Positions 23,850 to 37,157 of a stretch of DNA of 64,000 nucleotides are shown here, piece by piece. Made by a program: the position numbers and the translations under genes. How positions within the stretch are numbered: the stretch's first letter is position 1; the number at the start of each line of letters is the position of its first letter. Under the pieces are notes generated by a model that was given only the letters and a program-made list of their open reading frames with translations, was not told the origin of the DNA and made no database searches. The stretch spans positions 124,001-188,000 of the forward strand of contig JAQGDQ010000412.1 in assembly GCA_030141605.1 (NCBI GenBank), written 5' to 3'. This DNA is from Tubiluchus corallicola (Eukaryota > Animalia > Priapulida).

Positions 23850-25485
23850 AACGTTTTCACCCCAAAAAGATAAAGCGCTGATAAAAATTTGTTATCAGGA
23901 AAAAAATCGTACTTAATCCTGTTGTTAGGTCACCATGTCTGCAAATTTCATAAGGTCTATGCGCTTTGACCTCTGACTGAAAGTGCGCTGGCCTGAATAA
24001 ATTTGCACACCTAGTGCTCTAACAACAGGATTGGCCATAGATATGTTGATGTGGAGGCCCAATGCAACAACACTACATACATCTATTCAAAGCAAAGAAC
24101 ACATACATAGCTATACACCCACATATCGTATTTAATTTATACAAAAACTCTTAGTTATATGCGGTTAATTTTTTAAATTTATCCTAAAGTACATCCTAAA
24201 ACTAAAACATACTACACACATTGGCGTATGCAGCACTCAGGGTATGACAGAAAAACAATAAAGAAATTTACCTGACGTAACTTCACCACAAATGATAATA
24301 ATTTGTTATCAAGAAAAATAATCGTACTTAATCCTATTGTCAGGTCTGTATGACTGCAAATCTCATAAGGTCTTTGACGTTTGACTGAAAGTGGGCTGGC
24401 CTTAATAAACTTGCAGTCATAGTGCTCTAGCAACAGGGTTGGTCATAGATATGTCAAAATATTTATTATTCTTATTAATTTTTTATTCAATGTGACAAGA
24501 CGAATCCTTTGGGGTTGACGTGCAATAAGTGCCTGGTGTAATGATATAGTAGAGGAACAATTTTAATGTTCCATGACACTTTCAGTACAATAAACATTTT
24601 AAAGCTGTTTCAAAGCCGAGGCCACTGAAAAAGTTTAGCTTTCCTTCTCAGAATGTCAGCAATTTTAGCAAGGGGCAAAGAATGGTCAATGTAAGGGATG
24701 CCAAATTTCAAAAATGCACAAATCCTAATAAAATGCATATGAAATGACTCGACTTGTCACATTTAATAAAAATATAAAGGTTGACCTATCTGTGACCTTT
24801 TATTAAGTTGCTATGGCTGCAAATTTCACAAGGTCAATGCACTTTGACCTCTGACTGAAAGTGCAATGGCCTTAATAAATTTGCATATCCAAGTGAAAAA
24901 TAAATTTCTATTCTATTCTATTCTGTTCTGTTCTGTTCTGTTCTGTTCTGTTCTGTTCTGTTCTGTTCTGTTCTGTTCTGTTCTGTTCTGTTCTGTTCTG
25001 TTCTATTCTATTCTATTCTATTCTATTCTATTCTATTCTATTCTATTCTATTCTATTCTATTCTATTCTATTCTAATTTATTCTGTTCCGTTCCGTTCCA
25101 TTCCATTCGATTGCATTATTCTATAGGGCAGAAATACTTATTAAGGCCAATGCGCTTTGCGTCAAAGGTCAAACCGCATTGACCTTATGAAATTTGCAGT
25201 CATCCTGACCTGACTATAGGATTAAGTACGATTATCAATGCTTTATCATTTGTGGTGAAGTCCGTGATGTAAACAGGTAAGTTTCTTTTTCTTTTTCTGC
25301 CATACACTGAGGCTGCAAACGAAAATGTGTCTAGCACTATGACGTATTCATGATAAATTCACAAAATTAACCACATATAACCAAGAGTTTTTGTATAAAT
25401 TAAATACGATATGTATATATGTGTGTAGCTATGTATGTATCCTTTACTTTGAAAATATGTATGTCGTATTGTTGCATTGGGCCTA
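23850..25485. repeat. Direct and inverted copies of a ~100-400-bp repeat around a (TTCTG/TTCTA)n microsatellite (24906-25125)
   Basis: ctgcaaatttcataaggtc...ggccttaataa at about 23940, 24353 and 24817 (+) and inverted at about 25138-25200. Segment 24056-24410 is inverted at 25138-25483. Confidence 0.75.
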
Positions 25486-26539
25486 CACAATATTGTTTCA
25501 TGTTCTGTCCTCGGTTTAAATAACTGTATTTAACTTACACTATTGTTGTTGTTACTAATGTAACACAGCCCCCAACAACTGGAATAAAATAAGTGCCCAA
25601 GTAAAAATTACGCAAAACTATTTATAGTTTCAAAAAGTACTTGAAAAGGACCATTTTTGATACATATAATACAATTTCAATGCTTCCATGTCTCATGCAG
25701 TCGGCAATATATGGCCTCCAATCAATTATAATGCTATTTTAACATAGCTCCTTTTAAATTAAACATACACTGTTTTCGTTTCTTCTCCTCTTTTCCTTCT
25801 CCCTATCCCTAATCTTACTGTTTTTTTACATTCCATCATTTCTTCTGACCCTAACCATTCTTTCATTCACTCATCCTGCCCTCCCTTCCTTCTTCCTATC
25901 CCTAATCTTACTATTTTTCCATTCCATCATGTCTACTAACCCTAACCATTCTTTCATTCACTCATTTCTGCCACCCTAACAAGCCAAGCTTTCAAGGTGT
26001 CATACAGCAACTCTTTTATTTGATTAATTTGACTTCATCAACGGTTTTTTACCTATACTGTTTCTTTTATCAATAATATTGTATGTCGATGTATTGTATA
26101 TGTATTGCTGGAGTGAAATAAATTGATTGATTGATTGATTGATTGATGTAGTATAGGTTTTATTATGTTGCGTATATGTGTATTTATATTTTTACAAACA
26201 ATATATGTATTGTGTTTATAGTGTTTACTCAATAAATATTAAATATCATTTACTTTTTGCTGGTTCATAAAACTAGTTACCTGACGAGCAGGTCTAGTGA
26301 ATCATTTCCCTTACACATAATTTAATAATGTGTATTTTATAGTAATTATCGACACTGCTTAGTATTTAACAATTCCTAGAACATGGCCGTTTGCCCTGAG
26401 CAAGCTGGCGTGTTACATACTGGCCTAAGAACAAAATACTTGACAATCTACAATAAGTTTGCCAGACAATTAGTCATTTAAAGGGGAAGAAAAGGGAACT
26501 TTGAAAGGGAGGTATATTCCCTATCACTAAAATTCCCAA

Positions 26540-27110
26540 TCATTGAAGCACACAAAGAACATTTTACTCTGCTTTTTATATTTAAATACATTAACAACAT
26601 CAGTAAACCATTCCAGAATAACAGATTTACCTTTTTCCCAAATCCCATCATTAATTCCAGAACAAGCAATCTAAAACAAATTAGGACAAATACCCACTAT
26701 GGAACGAACTCTGTAATCAAACAAGCAATTCTACTTTGTAATTCTCTACCATTACAGGTTAAACAAATCAAGTCCCTATCAGCATTTAAAACAAAATTAA
26801 AATCACTAATCTTAACCAGATATGAAATACCATCACACCAGTACGACAACATACACACTAATTCAGAAATTATATATCCACGGCCATATTAATTAAATCA
26901 TATTTTTTTCATTTTTTGTGCATAGTTGTAAATATGTTTGATTTTATTCGTCGTTACTTTCCATTACTGCACAGTAGTTTAGATTGCATTGACGCACTTG
27001 CCTTTAGAAATTCAAGTTTTCATTAACTAACACTGATTAATCTCTGTTTTTATTCAGTGATTATCAATGTATTTTAATGGCAAATAAAGATTATATATAT
27101 ATATATATAT
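26540..27110 (+). mobile_element. 3' remnant of a CR1/L2-group LINE
   Basis: Translates QIRTNTHYGTNSVIKQAILLCNSLPLQVKQIKSLSAFKTKLK, typical of an ORF2 C-terminus. AATAAA followed by a (TA)n tail at about 27083-27110. Confidence 0.65.
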
Positions 27111-27584
27111 AAATATAGATTTGGGCGTCCATGAAAAATAAACGTGAAAAACTAGAAGAACTTTGCTAGGCAATCAGCCATTTAAAAGTCAGAAAAGAGA
27201 ATTTTAAAGCAAGTCTCAAATAATATCAAAGTTGTACTACGAAGTCTACAAAGTTATGCCACTTGGCATTACGCTTACCTGTTTATAGAAGACTTATGCA
27301 ACTGAATAAAATTCCTAATTAATTAAAATATTAGCGCCCCCTGGTAAAATATCACTGTTTCACCATGACAACACAATGCATCACTACCAAAGTCTACATA
27401 CTTCTGCACATACCATTGACTACGAAATACCATAGGAGTAATTCTTAATACTGTGAAACGATTATGAATTCTCACACTGGACTCTTCAACAGGCATCTTA
27501 ACTCTTTATGTTGGTTGAGTTCAACGGCTGGGTTCGCTCACCTTGCAGTCACGAATCTGTTCAATTCTTTTTGTCTCTCTAGCT

Positions 27585-27845
27585 TACTCACTTGCTCACT
27601 CTCTCACTCACTCACACACACACTCACTCGCTCGCTCACTCACTCACTCACTCACTCACTCACTCACTCACTCACTCACTCACTCACTCACTCACTCACT
27701 CACTCACTCACTCACTCGCACATTCTTTCTCTCTCTCTCTCTCGCTCTTTCTCTCTCTCTCTCTCTCTCTCCCTCTTTCTCTCTCTCTCTCTCTCTCTCT
27801 CTGTCTTCCCTTTCTCTCTCTCTGTATCTTTCTCTCTCTTTATCT

Positions 27846-27886
<41 letters not shown>

Positions 27887-27939
27887 ACTCTCCATCTCTC
27901 TCTCTCTCTTTCTCTCTCTTTATCTTTCTCTCTCTGTCT

Positions 27940-28017
<78 letters not shown>
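27585..28017. repeat. (TCAC)n then (CT)n microsatellite
   Basis: Simple repeats. Confidence 0.97.
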
Positions 28018-28021
<4 letters not shown>

Positions 28022-28424
28022 TCCGCATTAATATTAAAGCTTAAGCGGCATATAACAGACATGCACAATGCGTTATGCGTTGTTTATACGGTTTGTACAA
28101 TATACAAACTTTATATTGCTTTCAATTAACCCGTTCATTAGACCTGTGTTATTGTGTTACCTTGTCTGTCTATATTTCTTTTTAAATTGTTTATACGAGG
28201 CTGAATAAGACTAAAAAACGGAAATGCTAAAAAAGACGGCAAATCTGGTAAACGCTGCTTAAATATTGTTAGCAGGTTGCTTACTTTCATTAGACACAAA
28301 TCAATACTATGTTCTCTTTCTCTTACAAGAGAGAATTTTTACAAGAGAGAATTTTACAAGAGAGAATTTTTGAAACTATTTGAAAATCTGAAATTATTAC
28401 ACTAGCTTCTATACCGTGACGGCA

Positions 28425-29060
28425 ACTTTAAAGGAAAAGAAAATGGGGTACCTGAAGTAGGTTTCAGAAAAATCGCCTTAAAAAATTATATTACTTTGCA
28501 GCAATTTTTTTGTTTGCTTTCATTTTAAATCTCCCGCAATAGTGTTCCGACGGCGCCATTACATGACGTCATGCACCAAACGTAAATCAGGGGAAGAAAA
28601 GGCAATGTTAAATTATGTCCCAAAAAACTTTCTGTGCAAATCTATATTACTTAGCATTTCACTTACCTGCTGGAAAGACTTATGTAACTAGACTAATAAT
28701 TTAAAATGTTTGCCCCAATTGGTAAAATGTCGCTGACTCACCCTCCAGAGTGCGCCACTCACGAACCAAAAACGTATTTTTAATCTTATTGACAAGATAC
28801 AGTAATTTAAAATTTTACTTAATTAGCAACATGCATGCTACGAATGCTCTGATTATTTTTTCAAACTTTACTTAATATTATCAAAACTTGTTTTAAACGA
28901 CCTACCATTAAAATGGCTGCGCCTAACGGTCATTGCGGGGGTTTAAATTTGCACGTTTTATACAGCGTGACTGCCGACGCAAGCCCTAGGCATACGAAAA
29001 GATAGTACCGTAAGTGGTATAAAATTTCGAGACGAATTTTTTAAGCTTAATGGAAGTGGA
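28425..29060 (+). mobile_element. Dispersed ~650-bp non-coding repeat (probable non-autonomous DNA element)
   Basis: Reverse complement of about 62680-63310. A related segment also occurs at about 37580 and 50205. Confidence 0.7.
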
Positions 29061-30264
29061 GGGTTTTCTTAGGTTTAAGTCGATCTGCACTTATCTCAAA
29101 CAGCAAAACATTTACTGTTTAATTAAGTAATTAATAACGGAAACAGTTTTCTCACTTTTTCTTGTCTATTGTTTTCTCTTCTCGCCTCTTTCTCTTCTCT
29201 TTATAGTTTTTTTCACAGCAGGTTTATACTATCTCTCCCTCTTTTCTTTTCACCTTCCCCCTTCACTCACTCTGCCAACTCTTCTTTCCCTCTTTCTTTT
29301 TTCGACTTTTACACTGTCTGTGTCACGTTTTCTCCACATGTTTTATCCTCTCCCTCTTTCATTCATTCATTTATTCACTTTCACCGTCTCTGTTTTATCT
29401 TATCCCTCCAACCTACTGCTTTGCTACTTCACCCCCGTCGTCTTTGCCCTTCCCCTTTTCGGCACTCTGAAAAGTAAACGAATGTCGAAGGACACCGCGC
29501 AACCTCGACTCAACAACAGTCAACGCATATCTCCATATAAATGCTCATTTCACTTCCATGTAAAAGCAGCCCGATAAAATATTAACAAAGTGTTTATGTA
29601 CGTACACTCATCGTAACGCGTACTGCTTATAGGTGCGAGAATAAAACGTTTTCACAAGTTAAAGATTAAACAGAACGAGAAAGCACATCTTCATGCATAA
29701 CGCTATCACTAACCAATGCCCGTCTAATAGATCTACAATTACAATATCCTAGCATCATTGAACCTTATTTCCTGTTTCACTGTGTATCTGCCGTGCATGA
29801 TTATTCACGCTTGCCTTACCCTGCATGCTACAACCGCAAAAATGATTTCTAAAACCTGGAAAATAAATATATCCAGTCTTGCAAATCCTGGAAACGAAAC
29901 TGTGCTTTGTTCTCGTCATTATTTTCCCAAGTTTTAAACAGTAAGAGCAAGTCACAAGTAACAGCCAGAGCCAGCAAACAAGTTTGGTTGTTGATAGTTT
30001 AGTGATTATTTCTGGTAATGGTATGACCTTCGAACAACTATTATGATTAAAACCGAATCACAATCTTTCTGCTTTACATTTTTCAGTCTCGATATTGCGA
30101 AGACATTACGATTTGACATGGCGCCTGATATTATTGCTCACAAATATATTTTGTCGATTTATTAATTAACGGCAGAACATGTCAATTGAATTTTAAATTT
30201 CCACGTTCGTGATAGAAAATTATTTATACAGCTAGTTCGTCTAAGAATGATCGTTATTATTACT

Positions 30265-30655
<391 letters not shown>

Positions 30656-31504
30656 ATGTACACGCATCAATACATAAAAAAAAACCGCAATGCCCAAGAC
30701 GTTTGGCCAATAAAAGCAAATTCGTTAACCCGATTTGAAGTTCAGAACTACTCGTTAAGTCGCATTTCACGGGACGAGAGTTACTGTGACGACGGAACTG
30801 CATATAACCGTTTATTATGCATGGAGGACTGTTATTGCGAAGAAGTCATTGACATATGCAACTGCATTGACTCGTCAAGATGCATTAGATCGAGAAAGTC
30901 AATTGATCACGAAAACTGTAGAATGGATTACAACTGCTTTGCAGAAAACAGACTTGACATATTAGAAAAATGTGACCGGGGCTGCCCACCAAGTTGCCAC
31001 CAGATCATTTTCAGCATAACAAGCACCACTGTAGAAGATGGTTTGACCTTTGCCCCACAAAAACTGTGGAAAGCAACACTGGCAGGATACATCGCAGAGG
31101 AGGTCGTTTCCAAAAGCAGATCAGGATCAGAAGTAATTTCGGCACTTGAACAGCTGATAGATTGCAACGGAAATGGAACACCAACAATTGACGATCTGGT
31201 GGGTGGATTGCCACTGGATGATTCCATATTAAATCACACAGCATACAAAGATTTTCTGCACCTTTTAGATACATCAGCCTGGACAGATATAGAAGTTTTC
31301 CTAAAGGACATTTCTTATAATGAAGTCACAGAAGTTTATGCTTATGAGTTTATAGACCTCGCTGCTGACGTTGGAGGACTTATGGGTCTCTACCTTGGTT
31401 TGTCTATAATATCAATTGCTGAAGTGCTGGATATGCTTGGAGGTTTATGTGCAACTGTTTGCAGTAAATTTTCAAAGAAAAATGAAGTTGTTCCAATGAA
31501 GTAA
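30656..31504 (+). pseudogene. 5'-truncated DEG/ENaC channel copy (C-terminal half)
   Basis: Near-identical to 39564-40453. Lacks the HG motif and TM1 and has a 42-nt in-frame deletion; TM2 (GGLMGLYLGLS) is retained. Confidence 0.88.
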
Positions 31505-31658
31505 TATTTAATAACCAAAAAGAGTGTTCTGCTACTGCACCACATCAAGTGCAGCTTTTTTTCTTTTATTCAATAGAGCTACAGATTGCAAGAGTAACAG
31601 CATGACAAAAATATATCTCCATGTAAATGTTTATATAGATAAGCAGTACATGATACTA

Positions 31659-32133
31659 CAGCCTACGTTGAAAACACCGGTTCTCGTCTGATCACCGAAG
31701 TTAAGCAACGTAGTGCCTGGTTAGTACTTGGATGGGTGACGGCCTAGGAATACCAGGTGCTGTAGGCCTGCTCTCGACACTAGGCGGAGGAGCTGCACAA
31801 GCACAGGCTAGAGGGTAGAAGAGGTCAAGTGACCCAACGGCCATGTGTAGAGGCAGTTAAACTTTCAAAATCAGGATTGGAGCCCCGAAGGCGAACCAGT
31901 GTAGCATGTTCACTGACTTCGACAGCTCCTGCCAAACTGGTGCCAAATGTATCGCTCCGCTTTCCTTTGGACTACACAGGATCTCCATACACCTTGCCAA
32001 GGCGTGCATCCTGGAGACGTTCAAGGATCGGACAGCTCTGCCACAGTCGACGCTGCAGCTCCATCAATGTGATCAATAACTGACTCTCTTGGCGCACACT
32101 CCATTGCCTACCGAGACAAAAGGATGCCAACCA
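31659..32133 (+). mobile_element. 5S-rRNA-headed SINE (SINE3 type) with RTE-derived 3' end
   Basis: 11-bp TSD ACATGATACTA at 31648-31658 and 32134-32144. 5S-like head; the 3' part encodes SRIGQLCHSRRC* (RTE ORF end) followed by ccattgcctaccgagacaaaaggatgccaaccaac. Confidence 0.85.
31661..31767 (+). rRNA. 5S rRNA-derived sequence (SINE head or pseudogene, not a functional 5S gene)
   Basis: GTTGAAAACACCGGTTCTCGTCTGATCACCGAAGTTAAGCAACG...GTTAGTACTTGGATGGGTGAC...GAATACCAGGTGCTGTAGGC. About 11 nt are missing near the 5' end and there is no oligo-T terminator. Confidence 0.85.
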
Positions 32134-32719
32134 ACATGATACTAAGAGTGTTATCCAACCACGGACTGGCTTTACCAATAGGCATTATAGGCAGACTAGG
32201 CAGTTAACTTACTTTACGAGCTTAATAGCACAACACTTCAACCAAATAAACAGAACTATATTTGGATGCAAATTGCAGACTTTTTTACAATTCAGGGGTA
32301 AATGACAAATTGTGATTGTATTTCAAGCTAAACACTTGTTAGTGTACTGCATGTTTGTAGTTTATAATGTCAAGTATGTAACTCAGAGAACAAAACCTAT
32401 TAAACTGACAGGTTAAATTATATTTTAATTAACATAACATCAGATTACGATGAGATGTTCCACTGGTGTACATGACAGACGACTGCTGACGGTGAAGCGG
32501 TCACGTGACTATTGTTTTCAGAATATGGCATCCAAGTGCCATCTCTATTTAACATTGTTAACAAATAGAACAGTTAAAATTTGCATAAACATGCAAATGC
32601 ATATCTATCTTAAGAGTGTACTTTTTATCATCTTACGCCACTGTATAAAAAATTAACACAATAAACGAGACAGCTTCATTATCATAAACATTACAGACGC
32701 TTCGACTGAAATATCCAGC

Positions 32720-33550
32720 AAGTTGTCGTAGTCCAATGCCGTAATTAAATTGTCATAGTCCAATGCCGTAATCAACTTGCCGTAGTCCAATGCCGTAATC
32801 AAGCTGAGTAGTCCAATGCTGTAATTAAGTTGCCGTAGTCCAATGCCGTAATCAAGTTGTCATAGTCCAACGCTGTAATTAAGTTGCCATAGTCAAATGC
32901 CGTAATTAAGTTGTCATAGTCCAACGCTGTAATAAAGTTGCCATAGCCAAATGCAGTAGTTCAGTTGTCATAGTCCAATGCTGTAATTAAGTTGCCATAG
33001 TCAAATGCCGTAATTAAGTTGCCATAGTCAAATGCCGTAATTAAGTTGTCACAGTCCAATGCTGTAATTAAGTTGCCATAGTCAAATGTCGTAATTAAGT
33101 TGTCACAGTCCAATGCTGTAATTAAGTTGCCATAGTCAAATGCCGTAATTAAGTTGTCACAGTCCAATGCTGTAATTAAGTTGCCATAGTCAAATGCCGT
33201 AATTAAGTTGTCACAGTCCAATGCTGTAATTAAGTTGCCATAGTCAAATGCCGTAATTAAGTTGTCACAGTCCAATGCTGTAATTAAGTTGCCATAGTCA
33301 AATGCCGTAATTAAGTTGTCACAGTCCAATGCTGTAATTAAGTTGCCATAGTCAAATGCCGTAATTAAGTTGTCACAGTCCAATGCCACAATCAAGTTGC
33401 CGTAATCCAATTACGTAATCAAGTTGTCTTATGCCGTAGTTGAGTTGCCGTAGTTCAATGCCATTGTCCAGTGCTGTAGTCAATGCCATAGTTCGGTTGC
33501 CGTAGTTCAATGCCGTTGTCCAGTGCTGTAGTCTAATGCCGTAATCCAAT
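32720..33550. repeat. 27-bp minisatellite with a 54-bp dimeric core
   Basis: aattaagttgccatagtcaaatgccgt alternates with aattaagttgtcacagtccaatgctgt. Confidence 0.95.
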
Positions 33551-34875
33551 GTCAAGTCGCAAGTGTCCAATGTCCAAGTAAATGAAATGCAAAATGAGAA
33601 CTTGTTGATAATACAATGGAAAATTTCAATCTGAAAAATAGATCTATATAATATCATAGCACTTGTTTTGTGTAGAATGCCTTGTGGTAGTGCTGGTGGT
33701 GGTGCTGGTAGTGGTGCTGGTGTTGATGCTGGTGGTTGTGGTTGTGGTAGCAGTGGCAGTGGCATGGCTGTGTGTCACAGTGGCGGTGAGGGTGGTTGTG
33801 GTGCTGGTGTTAATTGGGGTGGTGATGATGGTCGTATTAGTGGTAATAAATTCTATATTTGCTTTAAAACATGAACTGTTGGTGTGTCTGCGAGGCATTT
33901 ATGACAAATCTTCAATGTTTCAGCCGAATATCACGTAAACTACTGATCTTTATTTCTGCAGTATTAAAAACTAAAATAGAAAAGTAAAATCAACTGATAT
34001 TGGCTAATTTCATGAAAAGTTACATAGTTTAGTTAGACTAATTAACAGTTAATTAATCGATCAAAAATATCAATGAATAAATCAAAGTAAATAAAAATAA
34101 ACTTACATCGTTGTGGCATATATCTAATGATAAATTTCCCTGGCTTGCACAAGACAGAACAGCATAATGACAACATAACTGGGTCAAAGCCCACACTTTA
34201 AAATTTCCAGCTAGATGGAGCCACCTTGGCTACAAAATTAAATTGTCAGGTTCACACTGGCCTTAGTTGCTTTTTTAAATAATGCCTTTGAAAACAATGA
34301 TTAAATTAACGTGTGAGTTAACTTTTACTTCTGTGAGTATATATATACAGAGGCTTCCTCCAGTGACGTAATTTTTCTTGAAAAAAACTAGCGCACTGTC
34401 AATCTTCACCGAAAGTATAATTTTTTACTTTAAAGTATATGTATATATTGATTATATTGTTAAACATTATAACCTGGGATTACCATTTATTTTAGTAACT
34501 GCATAAGCCTGTAAATTTCGATATACATACAGCTGATCTGGAAAGAGACAGTAATGTATTTGGGGTTGTGATATTTTGACAAGTGATAGTTTTCTACAGA
34601 TGTTTCAAGGGTAAAAATGAAATTTAATGGTTCCGTGAATAATGTTCCCTCATGTATGGTCTATAATCGTAATGTCATAGTAGCTAAGACTCTGATCAAT
34701 ACATATTGTCTACCAATTTTGTTATACGGCTGCGAAATTGTGGGTATGGCGCCTGATATTATTGCTTACAAATATTTTTTACGATTTATTTAATTAACGG
34801 CAGAACATGTCAATTGAATTTTGAATTTTTATGTTCATGATAGAAAATTATTTATACAGCTAGTTCGTCCAAGAA

Positions 34876-35118
34876 TTATTATTATTTTTATTATTTTTAT
34901 TATTATTATTATTATCATCATCGTCGTCGTCGTCGTCGTCGTCGTAGTCGTCATCATCATCATCATCATCATCGTTGTCGTAATCGTCTTCATCATTATC
35001 ATCATCATCATCATCATCACCATCATCATCAGCATCATCATCATCGCCATCAATCATCATCATCAATTATTGTCATCGATCATCGATCATCAATCATCAT
35101 CATCAATCATCATCATCG

Positions 35119-35173
<55 letters not shown>

Positions 35174-35236
35174 GATCACCATCACCATCACCATCACCAT
35201 CATGATCATGATCATGATCATCGTCATCATCAATCA
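34876..35236. repeat. (ATT/GTC/ATC)n microsatellite
   Basis: Simple repeat preceded by the same unique flank as 30118-30260. Confidence 0.95.
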
Positions 35237-36139
35237 CGATTATCAATTAAAAAAGGAATATTAGAATAGAACTGCAATATAGAACTCCAAACATCGAGCG
35301 GCAATAAATGCTATAAATCATGCGATGTAAAATATTGCACAGCAACAGCACAATTGTCAGAGCATGATCTTTAATCATACGCTGTTAACACAGCAAAACA
35401 CGACAGTTCCTTTCATAAGGTGTTTACTGCAGTCTTTATTTTCTAAAGAAGAAAAAACAAAAGAATACATAAAATTTTCAGTAATTCAGTAATGCTATTT
35501 GAACAAAACTACAGAAATTTGAACAAAAAATTACACAGAAAATTGCTTTCTAATTAATAAACTTAGATTTACAAAAATCAATTACTTCGTTCAGCTAGAG
35601 AGCACACATTGCTTATGGTTGAAACATGACATTAAATTTCTCACATAAAATTGCATTATCCACATTACAAGTTAGTCACTACAATAACCCGTCAAGCCTG
35701 CCAGCAATTGCCCACTTGTCCCCTTTAGTTTTTGGCTCCCTCATGCGGGAAAAATAAAAAACAAATTATATGGGTAATTTGCCCAAGACATACATAATGC
35801 AATTATCGTTACTTTTTGTTACATTTCTGCGTAGCTATCACAGCTACAGTTACTAAGGAAAGATTCTCCCAGGAAGGATAACTCAGCGACATTGCCAGAG
35901 ACCTTTTATTCCGTGTCGATGTATCTAAACTCACGTGTTGGTAACGCATAATTATTAACACTGTTACTAAGGAAAGATTCTAGGAAAGATTCTAGGAGAG
36001 CTTCAGTGAGAAAGCCATAGAATTTTCATTTCATGGTGACACATCAAAACTGGTCAAACATATAAATGAGTGCAAGCTGGAAACAATCAAGTGTTTGCTG
36101 TGACGTTTACTAAATGACGTAAAGGTACTGAAGACTGAA

Positions 36140-36320
36140 ATGCGACTGCGAGAGCAGATCGGACATTATGCGGAAAATGCATCACTTCATGGCGTGGGAA
36201 GCATTGCCAGATCGCAACACTTGGCGAAAAAGATCTTTTGGGTTATCCTTTTTCTTGCCGTTTTAACTGGAGCTGTTATACAAATAATTGACAGGACGAT
36301 AATGTACTTTTCCCGGCCTA
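36140..36320 (+). pseudogene. 5' fragment of a DEG/ENaC channel (N-terminus and TM1)
   Basis: MRLREQIGHYAENASLHG...KIFWVILFLAVLTGAVIQI, near-identical to 38918-39098, then an abrupt break. Confidence 0.88.
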
Positions 36321-36336
36321 ATGTTCACGCAAAATT

Positions 36337-36920
36337 GCTCAACAAGAAACCAAATTATTATACAAAAAAGTCCAAAATATATAATTACTGCAGGTGTGAC
36401 AGAAAAAATAAAAAAGGATCATCCGCGGGTCAAAATTCTCGTCTTAGTTCGGGAGCCCTTTCAAAGGACGGTGTCACTTTTCTTAGAACGTGGAAGATTG
36501 AAAAACCAAACATTTGTAGAATTTATAACTTCTGAAGCCGAACCTCATCCCGTAGATGAAGGAAAGTACGTGACTTATATAGGAAAGTGGTTGAAGGTTT
36601 TTCCTGGAGAGCAACTTCACATTGTATTAGGAGACGAGTTAATCAAAAACCCATTAAGTGAACTGAAAAGAATTGAAACTTTTCTGAACTTAGACCATTT
36701 GATATCTGAAGATGCATTTGTCTACAGAGAAGATAAAGGATTTTATTGTTTCCATGAAAGGACCGAAAAAACGTTTAGTAAAGAAGTCACTTGTTTGGGG
36801 AAGAGTAAAGGAAGAAAGCGTCCGGAAGTGCCGGAAGAACTAGAGAAACGACAAAAACAAATTTTTCAACCGTATAATGTACAGTTGTACAAAATTGTAA
36901 ACCGAACATTTAGCTGGTAA
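36337..36920 (+). pseudogene. 5'-truncated HS 3-O-sulfotransferase-like copy
   Basis: Near-identical to 49360-49944. Lacks the 5'-PSB motif IGxRKCGT but retains REPFQR, KGFYC and CLGKSKGR. Confidence 0.88.
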
Positions 36921-37126
36921 TCTACGCAGCTTCGAGGAAAGTTGGTTGGCAAGTAATCCTATTTTCTAGACCCGTAGTTCTTGACATTGTGTCAACTACA
37001 GAGTTAGAGAGAATTTTAAAACTCAATCGTTTTAAAACGTTAACCATCACTCTGCTTGCTGCAACATCGTGCTTTTTGTGCTCCAAAATTAAAACTAAAA
37101 TTCTAAAAATAGAATCAAAACAGGCA

Positions 37127-37157
<31 letters not shown>

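Noticed and set aside
27464-28129. SL-, ER-, poly-H/D/I/Y/N- and CYVML-repeat ORFs here and at 22574-22829, 30247-30663, 34821-35264, 46219-46570 and 61526-62154
   Set aside because: Translations of microsatellites.
31661-31767. Functional 5S rRNA gene
   Set aside because: 5' deletion, no T-run terminator, and embedded in a TSD-flanked retroposed element.
31765-31900. HDV-like ribozyme in the SINE body
   Set aside because: Hairpins are present, but I could not fit the nested double pseudoknot by eye.
32961-33410. DYGNLITAL/DCDNLITAF repeat ORF resembling an LRR or beta-solenoid
   Set aside because: 27-bp minisatellite with no linked exon or signal peptide; almost wholly absent from the paralogous flank at 40.56 kb.
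33650-33860. Pro/Thr- or Gly-rich ORFs
   Set aside because: Degenerate (GGT)n low-complexity tract, much shortened in the paralogous flank at 40.65 kb.
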